The notes under the pieces: model-generated
Told to the model about the DNA's origin: nothing
Seen by the model: only the letters and a program-made list of their open reading frames with translations
Databases searched by the model: none
Assembly: GCA_001773955.1 (NCBI GenBank)
Contig: MEYH01000048.1
Coordinates: forward strand, 13,787-58,078
Direction of reading: 5' to 3'
From: Candidatus Sediminicultor quintus
Lineage (GTDB): Bacteria > Atribacterota > Phoenicimicrobiia > Phoenicimicrobiales > Phoenicimicrobiaceae
Length of the DNA: 44,292 bases
Program-made: the position numbers and the translations under genes
In this document: positions 28,928 to 37,061 of the stretch, one piece after another
Layout: each line of letters starts with the position of its first letter
How positions within the stretch are numbered: the first letter of the stretch is position 1

Positions 28928-31900
28928 GTGTGGCATGCAAACTTTGTTCACCTACATGTACATAGTGAATATAGTCTATTAGATGGAGCCTGCCGAATAT
29001 CAGAATTAGTAGCTCAAGCAAAAAAGAATAAGATGCCCGCCCTGGCTATTACCGATCACGGGGTTATGTATGGAGCTATACAATTCTACAAAGAAGCTAT
29101 TCGACAAGGAATAAAACCTATAATAGGCTGCGAAATGTATGTTGCGCAGCAAAGTAGGTTCGATAAATCCTCCCAAAGAAAAGAAACCCCTCATCATCTC
29201 ATACTGCTGGCTAAAAACAATGAAGGCTATAAAAATTTAATAAAGTTAGTTACTTTATCTTATCTGGAAGGTTTTTATTATAAACCAAGAATTGATAAAG
29301 AATTATTAAGAGAACATAGCAATGGATTAATTGCCCTTTCAGCCTGCTTAAAAGGAGAAATCTCTCAATGCATTTTACAGAAAAATATTAAGAAAGCAAA
29401 AGAAGTGGCACTTGATTTTTTAAATATTTTTGGAGAAGATAATTTTTATTTAGAATTGCAAAAAAACGGTATTCCCGAACAGGAAATTGTAAATGAAAAT
29501 CTCATTGAAATAAGCCAGGAACTCTCTATTCCAGTAGTAGCGAGCAATGATATCCATTATATAAATAAGGAAGATGCTCGAGCCCACGAAATTTTACTTT
29601 GTATCCAAACAGCGACTAATTTAAGCGATTCCAAGCGTTTAAAATTTGCTACCGATGCATTTTATTTTAATTCTCCAGAAGAGATGAACAATAATTTCTC
29701 AAAAGTTCCACAAGCCCTCGAAAATACTCTTCGTATTGCCGAAAAATGTAATTTAGAAATTGATTTTAGACAAGCTCAATTGCCAGAATTTAAAGTTCCT
29801 CCTGAATATAATATTAACACTTATTTAAAAGAACTTTGCTATAAAGGGCTTAATGAGAGATATTCTGAGGTTACAAAACAATTAGAGGGGAGGTTGGAGT
29901 ACGAACTTTCAGTTATTAAAAAGATGGAATTTGAACCTTATTTTTTAATTGTATGGGACTTTGTAAGATATGCCAAAGAAGAAGGAATTATGGTGGGACC
30001 TGGCCGAGGTTCTGCAGCAGGGAGTTTAGTTGCCTATTGTCTAAATATTACCAATATTGATCCTATAGCCTACGGATTGCTGTTTGAAAGGTTTTTAAAC
30101 CCTGAAAGAATCAATATGCCAGACTTCGATATTGATTTTTGTTACGAAAGAAGAGAAGAAGTAATAGAATATGTTTCCAAAAAATATGGTAACGATAAAG
30201 TAGCTCAGATAATTACTTTTGGTACTATGGCGGCTAGAGCTGCCGTGAGAGATGTGGGGAGAGCACTGGGAATTGCCTATGCTCGAGTGGATACTATTGC
30301 CAAAATGATCCCTTGGGAACCCAATATTACCATTGAAAAGGCTTTAAAGATGGAGAGCCGACTCAAGGAGTTAATGAAAAACGATGAGGATATAAAAAAA
30401 TTGATTGAGACGGCTTCTTCTTTAGAAGGTTTATCACGACATGCTTCTACTCATGCTGCGGGTATAGTTCTTTCTCGAAAGCCACTGGCTGATTATGTTC
30501 CTCTACAAAAGACAGCAGAAGGAGAAATATGTACTCAATATGCTATGGCTGAATTAGAAGAACTGGGATTATTAAAGATGGATTTTTTAGGACTTCGCAC
30601 TCTGACGGTTATAAGCAATGCCTTAAAAATAATAAAGCATACTCGGGGAGAAATGGTTGATATAAACAAGATTCCTTTGGATGACAAGAAGGTGTACAAG
30701 ATGTTGTCTAAAGGAAATTGTGCTGGTATTTTCCAATTAGAGAGCGAGGGGATGAGAGATTTAGTTAAAAGATTAAAGCCTGAAAATATAGAAGATATCA
30801 CTGCCTTGCTGGCATTATATAGACCTGGTCCTTTGGGGAGCGGTATGATCGAGGATTTCATCAATAGGAAGAAGGGAATTATCGAAATAAAATATGCACA
30901 TCCTCAATTAGAATCTATACTAAAAGAAACTTATGGAGTAATCGTTTATCAGGAACAGGTTATGAAAATTGCCAGTGAATTGGCCGGGTTTACTTTGGGA
31001 CAGGCAGATATCCTGCGAAAAGCTATAGGGAAAAAACAGAAAGGAGTGATGGAAAAACAAAGGGAACTTTTTACAAAGGGAGCTCAAAAAAATAATATTA
31101 AAAAAAATACAGCTGCTGAAATATTTGATTTGATTGCTTATTTCGCCGGATATGGTTTTAATAAATCTCACAGCGTTTCTTACGCCTTTATCTCATATCA
31201 GACGGCCTATTTAAAGACTCATTATACCATAGAATATATGGCCTCTTTACTTACCAGTATAATGGGAAACAACGATAAAGTAGCTTTGTATATAAAAGAA
31301 TGTCGGAATATGAATATTGAAATACTGCCTCCCGATATAAATCAGAGTTTAGTAAATTTCACTGTAGTAGGGGGAAAGGCTATTCGTTTTGGGTTAGCTG
31401 CCGTGAAAAATGTTGGCGAGAAAGCTATAAAAAGCATTATCGATGAACATAAAAGAAATTCTAATTTTACTTCTTTGCTCGATTTTTGCCAGAGAGTTGA
31501 TTTAAGAGTAGTAAATAAGAGGGTAATCGAAAGTTTAATAAAGTGTGGTGCCTTCGATTCTATCGGTGCAAGAAGATCCCAATTATTGGCAGTTTTAGAT
31601 CTATCATTAAAAAACGGGCAAGAATATCAAAAATCCAAGAGAAATGGACAGACCTCAATCTTTGATCTTTTCGAAGAAAATAGCCAAGTGAAAAATAGCA
31701 GTAATTACCAGGAAAGGTTACCAGATATATCAGAATTTTCTAAAAATGAACTTTTAGCTATGGAGAAGGAAATGTTAGGATTGTATATTTCCTATCACCC
31801 ATTGAATGATTACAGTGAAAGATTAAAGAAAATTATCACTTGCACCTCAATCGAATTAACCAATTTTTCAGATAAAAGTAGAGTAATTTTAGCTGGAGTG

Positions 31901-32422
31901 GTTAATAATTTAAAAAGAAAGAGTACCAAAAATGGGAATCTTATGGCATTTATTACCTTAGAAGATTTAGAGGGCAGTGTAGAAATAATAGCGTTTCCTA
32001 AGGTTTATGAAAAATGCAAAGAAATGATAAAAGAAGATGAGATTATCATAACAGAAGGACATATTGATGTGGCAGAAGGAAAGACAAAAATTATTGCTGA
32101 GAAGATATCTCTTTTAGAAAAATATATAGAAAATAAAAGACCTGCTCCTAAAACAGAAAAAATGAATCAGAATCTTGCTGAAGAACTTCATCTTGAGATT
32201 AACACAGGAAAAAATGAGCCTGATCTTTTAGGAAGATTGAAAGAATTATTTTATGGTTATCCAGGGGAAAGTCAAATAGTACTTCATTTTAAGGATAAAG
32301 ATAAGGATAAAACTATACTGCATGCCATAGATAAAAAATACTCAGTTAACCTTGGTGGTAAATTTATGGAAGAGGTTCGTAGTATTTTAGGAGATGAAAA
32401 AATATGGACAAAAAAATGTTAA
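28928..32422 (+). CDS. dnaE: DNA polymerase III alpha subunit
   Basis: PHP domain FVHLHVHSEYSLLDGA, pol III alpha core, OB fold near the C-terminus. GTG start with AGGGGG SD. Confidence 0.96.
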   Translation: MWHANFVHLHVHSEYSLLDGACRISELVAQAKKNKMPALAITDHGVMYGAIQFYKEAIRQGIKPIIGCEMYVAQQSRFDKSSQRKETPHHLILLAKNNEGYKNLIKLVTLSYLEGFYYKPRIDKELLREHSNGLIALSACLKGEISQCILQKNIKKAKEVALDFLNIFGEDNFYLELQKNGIPEQEIVNENLIEISQELSIPVVASNDIHYINKEDARAHEILLCIQTATNLSDSKRLKFATDAFYFNSPEEMNNNFSKVPQALENTLRIAEKCNLEIDFRQAQLPEFKVPPEYNINTYLKELCYKGLNERYSEVTKQLEGRLEYELSVIKKMEFEPYFLIVWDFVRYAKEEGIMVGPGRGSAAGSLVAYCLNITNIDPIAYGLLFERFLNPERINMPDFDIDFCYERREEVIEYVSKKYGNDKVAQIITFGTMAARAAVRDVGRALGIAYARVDTIAKMIPWEPNITIEKALKMESRLKELMKNDEDIKKLIETASSLEGLSRHASTHAAGIVLSRKPLADYVPLQKTAEGEICTQYAMAELEELGLLKMDFLGLRTLTVISNALKIIKHTRGEMVDINKIPLDDKKVYKMLSKGNCAGIFQLESEGMRDLVKRLKPENIEDITALLALYRPGPLGSGMIEDFINRKKGIIEIKYAHPQLESILKETYGVIVYQEQVMKIASELAGFTLGQADILRKAIGKKQKGVMEKQRELFTKGAQKNNIKKNTAAEIFDLIAYFAGYGFNKSHSVSYAFISYQTAYLKTHYTIEYMASLLTSIMGNNDKVALYIKECRNMNIEILPPDINQSLVNFTVVGGKAIRFGLAAVKNVGEKAIKSIIDEHKRNSNFTSLLDFCQRVDLRVVNKRVIESLIKCGAFDSIGARRSQLLAVLDLSLKNGQEYQKSKRNGQTSIFDLFEENSQVKNSSNYQERLPDISEFSKNELLAMEKEMLGLYISYHPLNDYSERLKKIITCTSIELTNFSDKSRVILAGVVNNLKRKSTKNGNLMAFITLEDLEGSVEIIAFPKVYEKCKEMIKEDEIIITEGHIDVAEGKTKIIAEKISLLEKYIENKRPAPKTEKMNQNLAEELHLEINTGKNEPDLLGRLKELFYGYPGESQIVLHFKDKDKDKTILHAIDKKYSVNLGGKFMEEVRSILGDEKIWTKKC

Positions 32423-32464
32423 AAAATAATAAAAATAACTATTAGATTAGAGGATTTGTTTATC

Positions 32465-32692
32465 ATGTGGAAAGTCATCTATATTGCTAAGGATTTTTTA
32501 TTAGCCAGAAATTTAGAAAAAGTATTAAAAGAAAAAGGGATTGTAACTATTCTAAACCAATTAGAAGTGGGGAAAAATGAATTATACGGAAATGTAGAAA
32601 TTTTAGTTCCTAAATGCGAAATTCAAGAAGCAGTTGATTTAATCAATCAAGTTCTGATTTGTAATGATGATTTTTTAGATGATGATGATTAG
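32465..32692 (+). CDS. small DUF2007-like protein (tentative)
   Basis: 75 aa from ATG 32465 (GAGGAT SD about 10 nt upstream; the ORF-track TTG at 32456 is less likely). Small alpha/beta pattern with an acidic tail. The family assignment is from memory only. Confidence 0.55.
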   Translation: MWKVIYIAKDFLLARNLEKVLKEKGIVTILNQLEVGKNELYGNVEILVPKCEIQEAVDLINQVLICNDDFLDDDD

Positions 32693-32738
32693 TATATAGT
32701 ATATAGTATATCGTATATCGTATATCGTATTTAGTAAA
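32690..32738 (+). repeat. heptamer array TAGTATA x3, TCGTATA x3, TAGTAAA, starting with the stop codon
   Basis: Unit 1 TAG is the stop codon 32690-32692. Confidence 0.95.
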
Positions 32739-32821
32739 GAAAACAGAAGTGAGAGGTCAGATGATAAGATAGTATCAAGTATCGAGTTATATAGCAATAA
32801 AAATAAGAGAGAGAAAAAATA

Positions 32822-32843
32822 GGGGCCTATTGCACCCCCCCCC
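32822..32843. repeat. degenerate REP-like remnant
   Basis: GGGGCCTATTGCACCCCCCCC followed by CTGATAG, as at 1263-1290. Confidence 0.35.
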
Positions 32844-32879
32844 TGATAGAATTAGGACTCTTATTTCCTGAATTCTTTT

Positions 32880-32914
32880 TACGACATACGATATACGACA
32901 TACGATATACGAGA
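32880..32914 (-). repeat. heptamer array TACGACA/TACGATA x5, abutting the tRNA 3' end
   Basis: TACGACA TACGATA TACGACA TACGATA TACGAGA. In tRNA sense it reads TCGTATA/TCGTATG, the family that follows protein genes. Confidence 0.95.
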
Positions 32915-32917
32915 AAG

Positions 32918-33006
32918 TGGTGCCGAAGGTCGGAGTCGAACCGACACGAGCTGTGAGGCTCGCTGGATTTTGAGTCCAGTGCGTCTACCAATTTCGCCAC
33001 TCCGGC
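32918..33006 (-). tRNA. tRNA-Leu (anticodon CAA), class II, CCA encoded
   Basis: Hand-folded. Acceptor GCCGGAG/CTTCGGC, D stem GCG/CGC, anticodon stem CTGGA/TCCAG with loop CTCAAAA. Long variable arm CGAGC..GCTCG, T arm GTCGG TTCGACT CCGAC, then ACCA. Confidence 0.93.
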
Positions 33007-33028
33007 ATAGGTGTGTCTCTGTTTAAAA

Positions 33029-33057
33029 ATTATAGGTTAAGTGATATTTATTGTCAA
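33029..33057 (-). promoter_or_regulatory. consensus sigma-70 promoter for tRNA-Leu
   Basis: Minus strand reads TTGACA (33057-33052), exactly 17 nt, TATAAT (33034-33029). The -10 ends 22 nt before the mature 5' end. Confidence 0.7.
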
Positions 33058-33093
33058 GAAAAAATAGAAAAAATAGAACGAAAGAAGAGAGTT

Positions 33094-35760
33094 ATGAATA
33101 ACCGGAAAAAATTTATTTTGATTGATGGACAAGGTTTACTCTACCGTGCTTATTATGCTTTACCTCAATTAACTACCACTTATGGCCAGATAATCAATGC
33201 AGTTTACGGGTTTACTATGATATTAATCAGATTATTGGAAGAAGAGAAACCAGAATATATTGTAGTTACCTTTGATACTCCTGTTCCTACTTTTCGACAT
33301 AAGGAGTTTAAAGAATACAAAGCTCATCGGAAGAAAATGCCTGACGAATTGATCAGCCAAATTCCTCTAATTAAAGAAATTATAAATAATTATAATATTA
33401 CTATTTGCTCAAAAGAAGGTTATGAAGCAGATGATGTTATTGGTACTATTGCAAGGGAAGCAGAAAAAAGAAATTGTAATACATTTATTGTTACCGGAGA
33501 TAAAGATGCTTTTCAGCTTATCTCTCCCTACACTAAGGTAATGACTACTATCAAGGGAGTTACCGAGGTGAAAATTTATGATGAAGAAGGTATAAAGAAA
33601 AAATACGGAGTAGATCCGGAGAGAATAGTTGATATTTTAGCGTTAAAGGGGGATATATCTGATAATATTCCAGGTGTTCCTGGTATAGGAGAAAAAACTG
33701 CCGCAGCTTTAGTTAAAGAATTGGGCAGTGTAGAAAATATTTTGAATAATACAGAAAAAATATCCAAAAAATCTTTGAGAGAACAGATAGAGAAATATGA
33801 AGACCAGATTAGGATGAGTAAAATGTTGGCTACTATAGTAAGAGAGGTACCCATAAAGTACGATTTTGATTCTTTTAAAGTAAAACTGCCAAATTACGAG
33901 GAATTGTGGAAAATTTTTAAGAAATTAGAATTTAAAAATCTATTAAAAAAGATTGCTTCTAAAATTAATCATGAAAAAACTATGCTAAAATTCAATTTGA
34001 TCGGCACTGAAGAAGGATTAGAAGGATTAACTAATAAAATTATAGAAAAGAAATATTTTTCTTTCTATTTGGTTACTTCCTCAGACCATGCGATTTCATC
34101 AAATATTTTAGGAATTGCACTCAGTTTCAAAGATAACGAAAATTATTATATCCCGTTATTTGCTTTAAATTTAATAGAAAATTCCAAATGTCTTTCTCTC
34201 GAATTAGTTTTAAGTAAATTGCGTCCATGTTTTGAAAACCAGGGAATTATTAAAATTAGTCATAACCTTAAATTTAATTTCATAGTTCTTTGTAGGCATG
34301 AAGTTGAAATAGAAGGAAATAATTTTGATACTATGATTGCTGCTTATTTGTTAAATCCCTCAAGAGAGAGCTATGGTTTAAGGGATTTGTTCTGGGAATA
34401 TTTAAAATATTTTAAAAACGAAGATAAAGAAATTAAAAAAAAGGTTATTATGAGTATAAGCATAGTAGAAGCTTGCGAAAATGCACAGAATATTTTGAAA
34501 TTAAAAGATATTTTAGAAGAAAAAATGGAAGAAAAAAACTTAATTTCATTATTTGGAAAAATTGAAATGCCTTTAGTAAAAATATTAGGAGAAATGGAGA
34601 TCAATGGCATAAAAGTGAATATTGATTTTTTAAAATTGATGTCCAGACAAGTGGATACCCGCCTTGAAGAGCTGAAAAATACTATTTATAATCTATCTGG
34701 AACGGAATTTAATATTAATTCTCCTAAACAGTTGAGTGTTTTACTTTTTGAAAGATTAAAACTGCCGGTAGTAAAAAAAACAAAAACTGGCTATTCTACC
34801 AATGCGGATGTACTTAATATCTTAGCTCCCCAGCACAAGGTTGTGTCTTTCATTCTGGAATATAGAGAATTAGACAAGTTAAAGAATACTTATATCGATA
34901 AATTACCCTTTTTGGTTAATAGTAAAACCAGGAGGATACACACTTCTTTTCATCAAACTGTTACTTCTACAGGGAGATTAAGCAGTAGTGAGCCTAATCT
35001 TCAAAATATTCCCATTAGGACCGAAATGGGGAGAGAAATTAGAAAAGCTTTTATCGCAGAGAAAGGATTTGTGCTGCTATCTGCAGATTATTCTCAGATA
35101 GAATTGCGTATTTTGGCTCATCTCTCTCGGGATGAAAGTTTGCTTAATGCTTTTAAAAATGATGAAGATATCCATGCTTATACTGCCTCGGGAATATTTA
35201 ACCTTGATCAAAATATAATTAGCGGGCAGATGAGAAGAATGGCTAAGGTAATTAATTTTGGTATTATTTATGGAATGAGTAGTTATGGGCTGGCAAGCAA
35301 TTTGGGGGTAGGGAGAGAAGAAGCCGAAAAATATATTAATAATTATTTTTTTAGATATCAAGGTGTAAAAAGATATATTGAAAGGGAGAAAGAAGAAGCT
35401 CAAAAGAAGGGCTATGTATTAACTTTACTAAACCGAAGGAGATATTTGGAAGGTATAAACAGTAAAGATAGAAAAATCCATGAATTTAATGAGAGAATTG
35501 CTATTAATGCTCCAATTCAAGGAAGTGCAGCTGATTTAATAAAATTAGCCATGATTAAAATAGATGAATCCTTCAAAAAAGAACGATTTAAAAGTAGATT
35601 ACTACTCCAAATACACGATGAGTTAATATTTGAGGTTTACCAGCCAGAGTTAGAAAAAGTCAAGTCCATTATTAAAGAGATTATGGAACATAGTTTAGAA
35701 CTTTCTGTTCCTGTAAAAGTAAATTTGAAGACGGGTAATAATTGGGCAGAATTAAATTAG
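33094..35760 (+). CDS. polA: DNA polymerase I
   Basis: 5' nuclease FILIDGQGLLYRAYYA, polymerase motifs DYSQIELRILAH and LLQIHDELIFE. Start set at ATG 33094. The ORF-track GTG at 33013 would run through the tRNA promoter. Confidence 0.95.
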   Translation: MNNRKKFILIDGQGLLYRAYYALPQLTTTYGQIINAVYGFTMILIRLLEEEKPEYIVVTFDTPVPTFRHKEFKEYKAHRKKMPDELISQIPLIKEIINNYNITICSKEGYEADDVIGTIAREAEKRNCNTFIVTGDKDAFQLISPYTKVMTTIKGVTEVKIYDEEGIKKKYGVDPERIVDILALKGDISDNIPGVPGIGEKTAAALVKELGSVENILNNTEKISKKSLREQIEKYEDQIRMSKMLATIVREVPIKYDFDSFKVKLPNYEELWKIFKKLEFKNLLKKIASKINHEKTMLKFNLIGTEEGLEGLTNKIIEKKYFSFYLVTSSDHAISSNILGIALSFKDNENYYIPLFALNLIENSKCLSLELVLSKLRPCFENQGIIKISHNLKFNFIVLCRHEVEIEGNNFDTMIAAYLLNPSRESYGLRDLFWEYLKYFKNEDKEIKKKVIMSISIVEACENAQNILKLKDILEEKMEEKNLISLFGKIEMPLVKILGEMEINGIKVNIDFLKLMSRQVDTRLEELKNTIYNLSGTEFNINSPKQLSVLLFERLKLPVVKKTKTGYSTNADVLNILAPQHKVVSFILEYRELDKLKNTYIDKLPFLVNSKTRRIHTSFHQTVTSTGRLSSSEPNLQNIPIRTEMGREIRKAFIAEKGFVLLSADYSQIELRILAHLSRDESLLNAFKNDEDIHAYTASGIFNLDQNIISGQMRRMAKVINFGIIYGMSSYGLASNLGVGREEAEKYINNYFFRYQGVKRYIEREKEEAQKKGYVLTLLNRRRYLEGINSKDRKIHEFNERIAINAPIQGSAADLIKLAMIKIDESFKKERFKSRLLLQIHDELIFEVYQPELEKVKSIIKEIMEHSLELSVPVKVNLKTGNNWAELN

Positions 35761-35799
35761 TGAATAGTCGTTAGTGAATAGTGAATAGTCTTTAGTAAA
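35758..35799 (+). repeat. TAGTGAA/TAGTCGT array starting with the polA stop codon
   Basis: TAGTGAA TAGTCGT TAGTGAA TAGTGAA TAGTCTT TAGTAAA. In frame it reads TAG TGA. Confidence 0.95.
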
Positions 35800-35812
35800 G
35801 AAAATAAAAAAA

Positions 35813-35832
35813 GTAGGGCGTATTGCATACGC
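35813..35832 (+). repeat. REP-like hairpin, eroded copy
   Basis: GTAG GG GCGTAT TGC ATACGC. The outer G:C pairs are lost. Confidence 0.55.
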
Positions 35833-35855
35833 AAGGTAAAAAATTACGGAATCTT

Positions 35856-35912
35856 TACTTGATACTCGATACTGGATACTAAAATATTATACTATGTGCT
35901 ATACGCTAGGCT
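35856..35912 (+). repeat. heptamer arrays TACTNGA x4 and CTATNNG x3
   Basis: TACTTGA TACTCGA TACTGGA TACTAAA (35856-35883). CTATGTG CTATACG CTAGGCT (35892-35912). Confidence 0.8.
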
Positions 35913-35919
35913 TGTATAA

Positions 35920-35943
35920 CTAAAGACTATTCACTAACGACTA
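35920..35943 (-). repeat. reverse-complement TAGTGAA/TAGTCGT array abutting the coaE RBS
   Basis: CTAAAGACTA TTCACTA ACGACTA. Its complement equals 35765-35795 minus one TAGTGAA unit. Confidence 0.85.
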
Positions 35944-35959
35944 ATTCAGGAGAGGAATC

Positions 35960-36580
35960 ATGGCATTGATTATTGGTCTTACCGGCGGGATTGTAAGTGG
36001 TAAAAGTACGGTGGCTAGAATGTTTAAAGATTTTGGGGCTAAGATTATTGATGCTGATATACTTGGCCATAGCGTAATTTTACCATACAAACCAGCCTGG
36101 AAGGAAATAGTTAAATTATTTGGGGAAGATATTTTGGGAAAGGATCTGACTATCAATAGAGAAAAATTGGGAAAAATAGTTTTTGCAGATCAGGCTCTCT
36201 TAAAAAAATTAAATGAAATTACTCATCCTGAAATAATGAAGTTGATTAAAAAAGAAATAAATTTGGTAAGAAATAAAACTCCTAACCAGGAAAAAATATT
36301 AGTTATAGATGCTGCCTTAATCTATGAAGCTAAGATAGATAGATTAATGGATAAGATAATAGTTGTATATATAGATGAAGATGAGCAGATAAAGAGATTA
36401 ATTAAAAGAAACAATTTATCCAAAGATGAAGCCTTACAGAGGGTAAAATCGCAAATACCCATGAAAGAAAAAATTAAAATGGCTGACTATGTGATAGATA
36501 ACAATGATACGTTAGATAAAACGAAGAAACAAGTTGAAACATTCTGGCAGAGTCTCGTATCTAGTAGAGCGTTTCTTTAA
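35960..36580 (+). CDS. coaE: dephospho-CoA kinase
   Basis: P-loop IGLTGGIVSGKST, typical length. The last six codons and the stop lie in the MITE-like element. Confidence 0.92.
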   Translation: MALIIGLTGGIVSGKSTVARMFKDFGAKIIDADILGHSVILPYKPAWKEIVKLFGEDILGKDLTINREKLGKIVFADQALLKKLNEITHPEIMKLIKKEINLVRNKTPNQEKILVIDAALIYEAKIDRLMDKIIVVYIDEDEQIKRLIKRNNLSKDEALQRVKSQIPMKEKIKMADYVIDNNDTLDKTKKQVETFWQSLVSSRAFL

Positions 36581-36716
36581 TAATGTTACAATGATTTGTC
36601 ATTGCGAGCGATAGCGAAGCAATCTCAAGTCCTTATAAATAAAGGGATTGCTTCGTCGCTTTGCTCCTCGCAATGACAGAACAAAATGTAAAGATATTTA
36701 GAGAACGCTGTACTAG
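36561..36716. repeat. 156-bp MITE-like palindromic element, second copy
   Basis: Aligns base for base with 26455-26609, with only a few substitutions and a 1-nt indel by eye. Confidence 0.9.
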
Positions 36717-36734
36717 TATATCGTATATCGTGAA
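36714..36734 (+). repeat. short heptamer array TAGTATA TCGTATA TCGTGAA
   Basis: Same unit order as 38842-38862 and 44238-44258. Confidence 0.7.
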
Positions 36735-36768
36735 GAAAATAAAAAGAGAAAAATTATTAAAACAACAC

Positions 36769-36792
36769 GGGTCGAATAAATTCAACCCCTAC
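36769..36792 (-). repeat. REP-like hairpin with a divergent stem
   Basis: GGGTCGAAT AA ATTCAACCC CTAC (one mismatch). Same GGG...CCCCTAC frame. Confidence 0.55.
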
Positions 36793-36818
36793 ACCAAAAG
36801 CAATACTTTATTACAAAG

Positions 36819-36926
36819 GTTTTGAATTTTGAATTATGGCTTTTCGTTTTTCTGCCTGTGCGTTGCCTGACTGCGAGCGTACTCGCTCAGGCAGGCACGC
36901 AGACAGGTCGCTTTAAATTTTTAGCT
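36819..36926 (+). repeat. element B copy split by a 56-nt insertion
   Basis: GTTTTGAATTTTGAATTATGGCTTTTCGTTTTT [insert 36852-36907] TCGCTTTAAATTTTTAGCT. Colinear with the 51-nt copy at 1370-1420. Confidence 0.8.
36852..36907. repeat. GC-rich imperfect palindrome (CTGCCTGTGCGTTGCCTGACTGCGAGCGTACTCGCTCAGGCAGGCACGCAGACAGG)
   Basis: Core GCGAG CGTA CTCGC, then TGCCTGA/TCAGGCA arms. Shares CCTGTCTGCGTGC..GGCAGG motifs with the insert at 21341-21373. Confidence 0.75.
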
Positions 36927-36997
36927 TAGCAAAGAGATTGGCACGCTCCGATAAATTAGAGCAATGGCAATTGGAATAAATCATTTTTTAATTCTCT

Positions 36998-37046
36998 AAC
37001 GATATACGACAAACGATATACGACAAACGATATACGACATACGAAA
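36998..37046 (-). repeat. heptamer array AACGATA/TACGACA x7, abutting the ade RBS
   Basis: AACGATA TACGACA AACGATA TACGACA AACGATA TACGACA TACGAAA. Confidence 0.95.
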
Positions 37047-37061
37047 GAAGGGGTGAATATA

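Noticed and set aside
33013-33093. N-terminal extension of polA from GTG 33013
   Set aside because: It would overlap the tRNA-Leu consensus promoter. Homology to PolA begins at MNNRKKFILIDG (ATG 33094), which has its own purine-rich SD.
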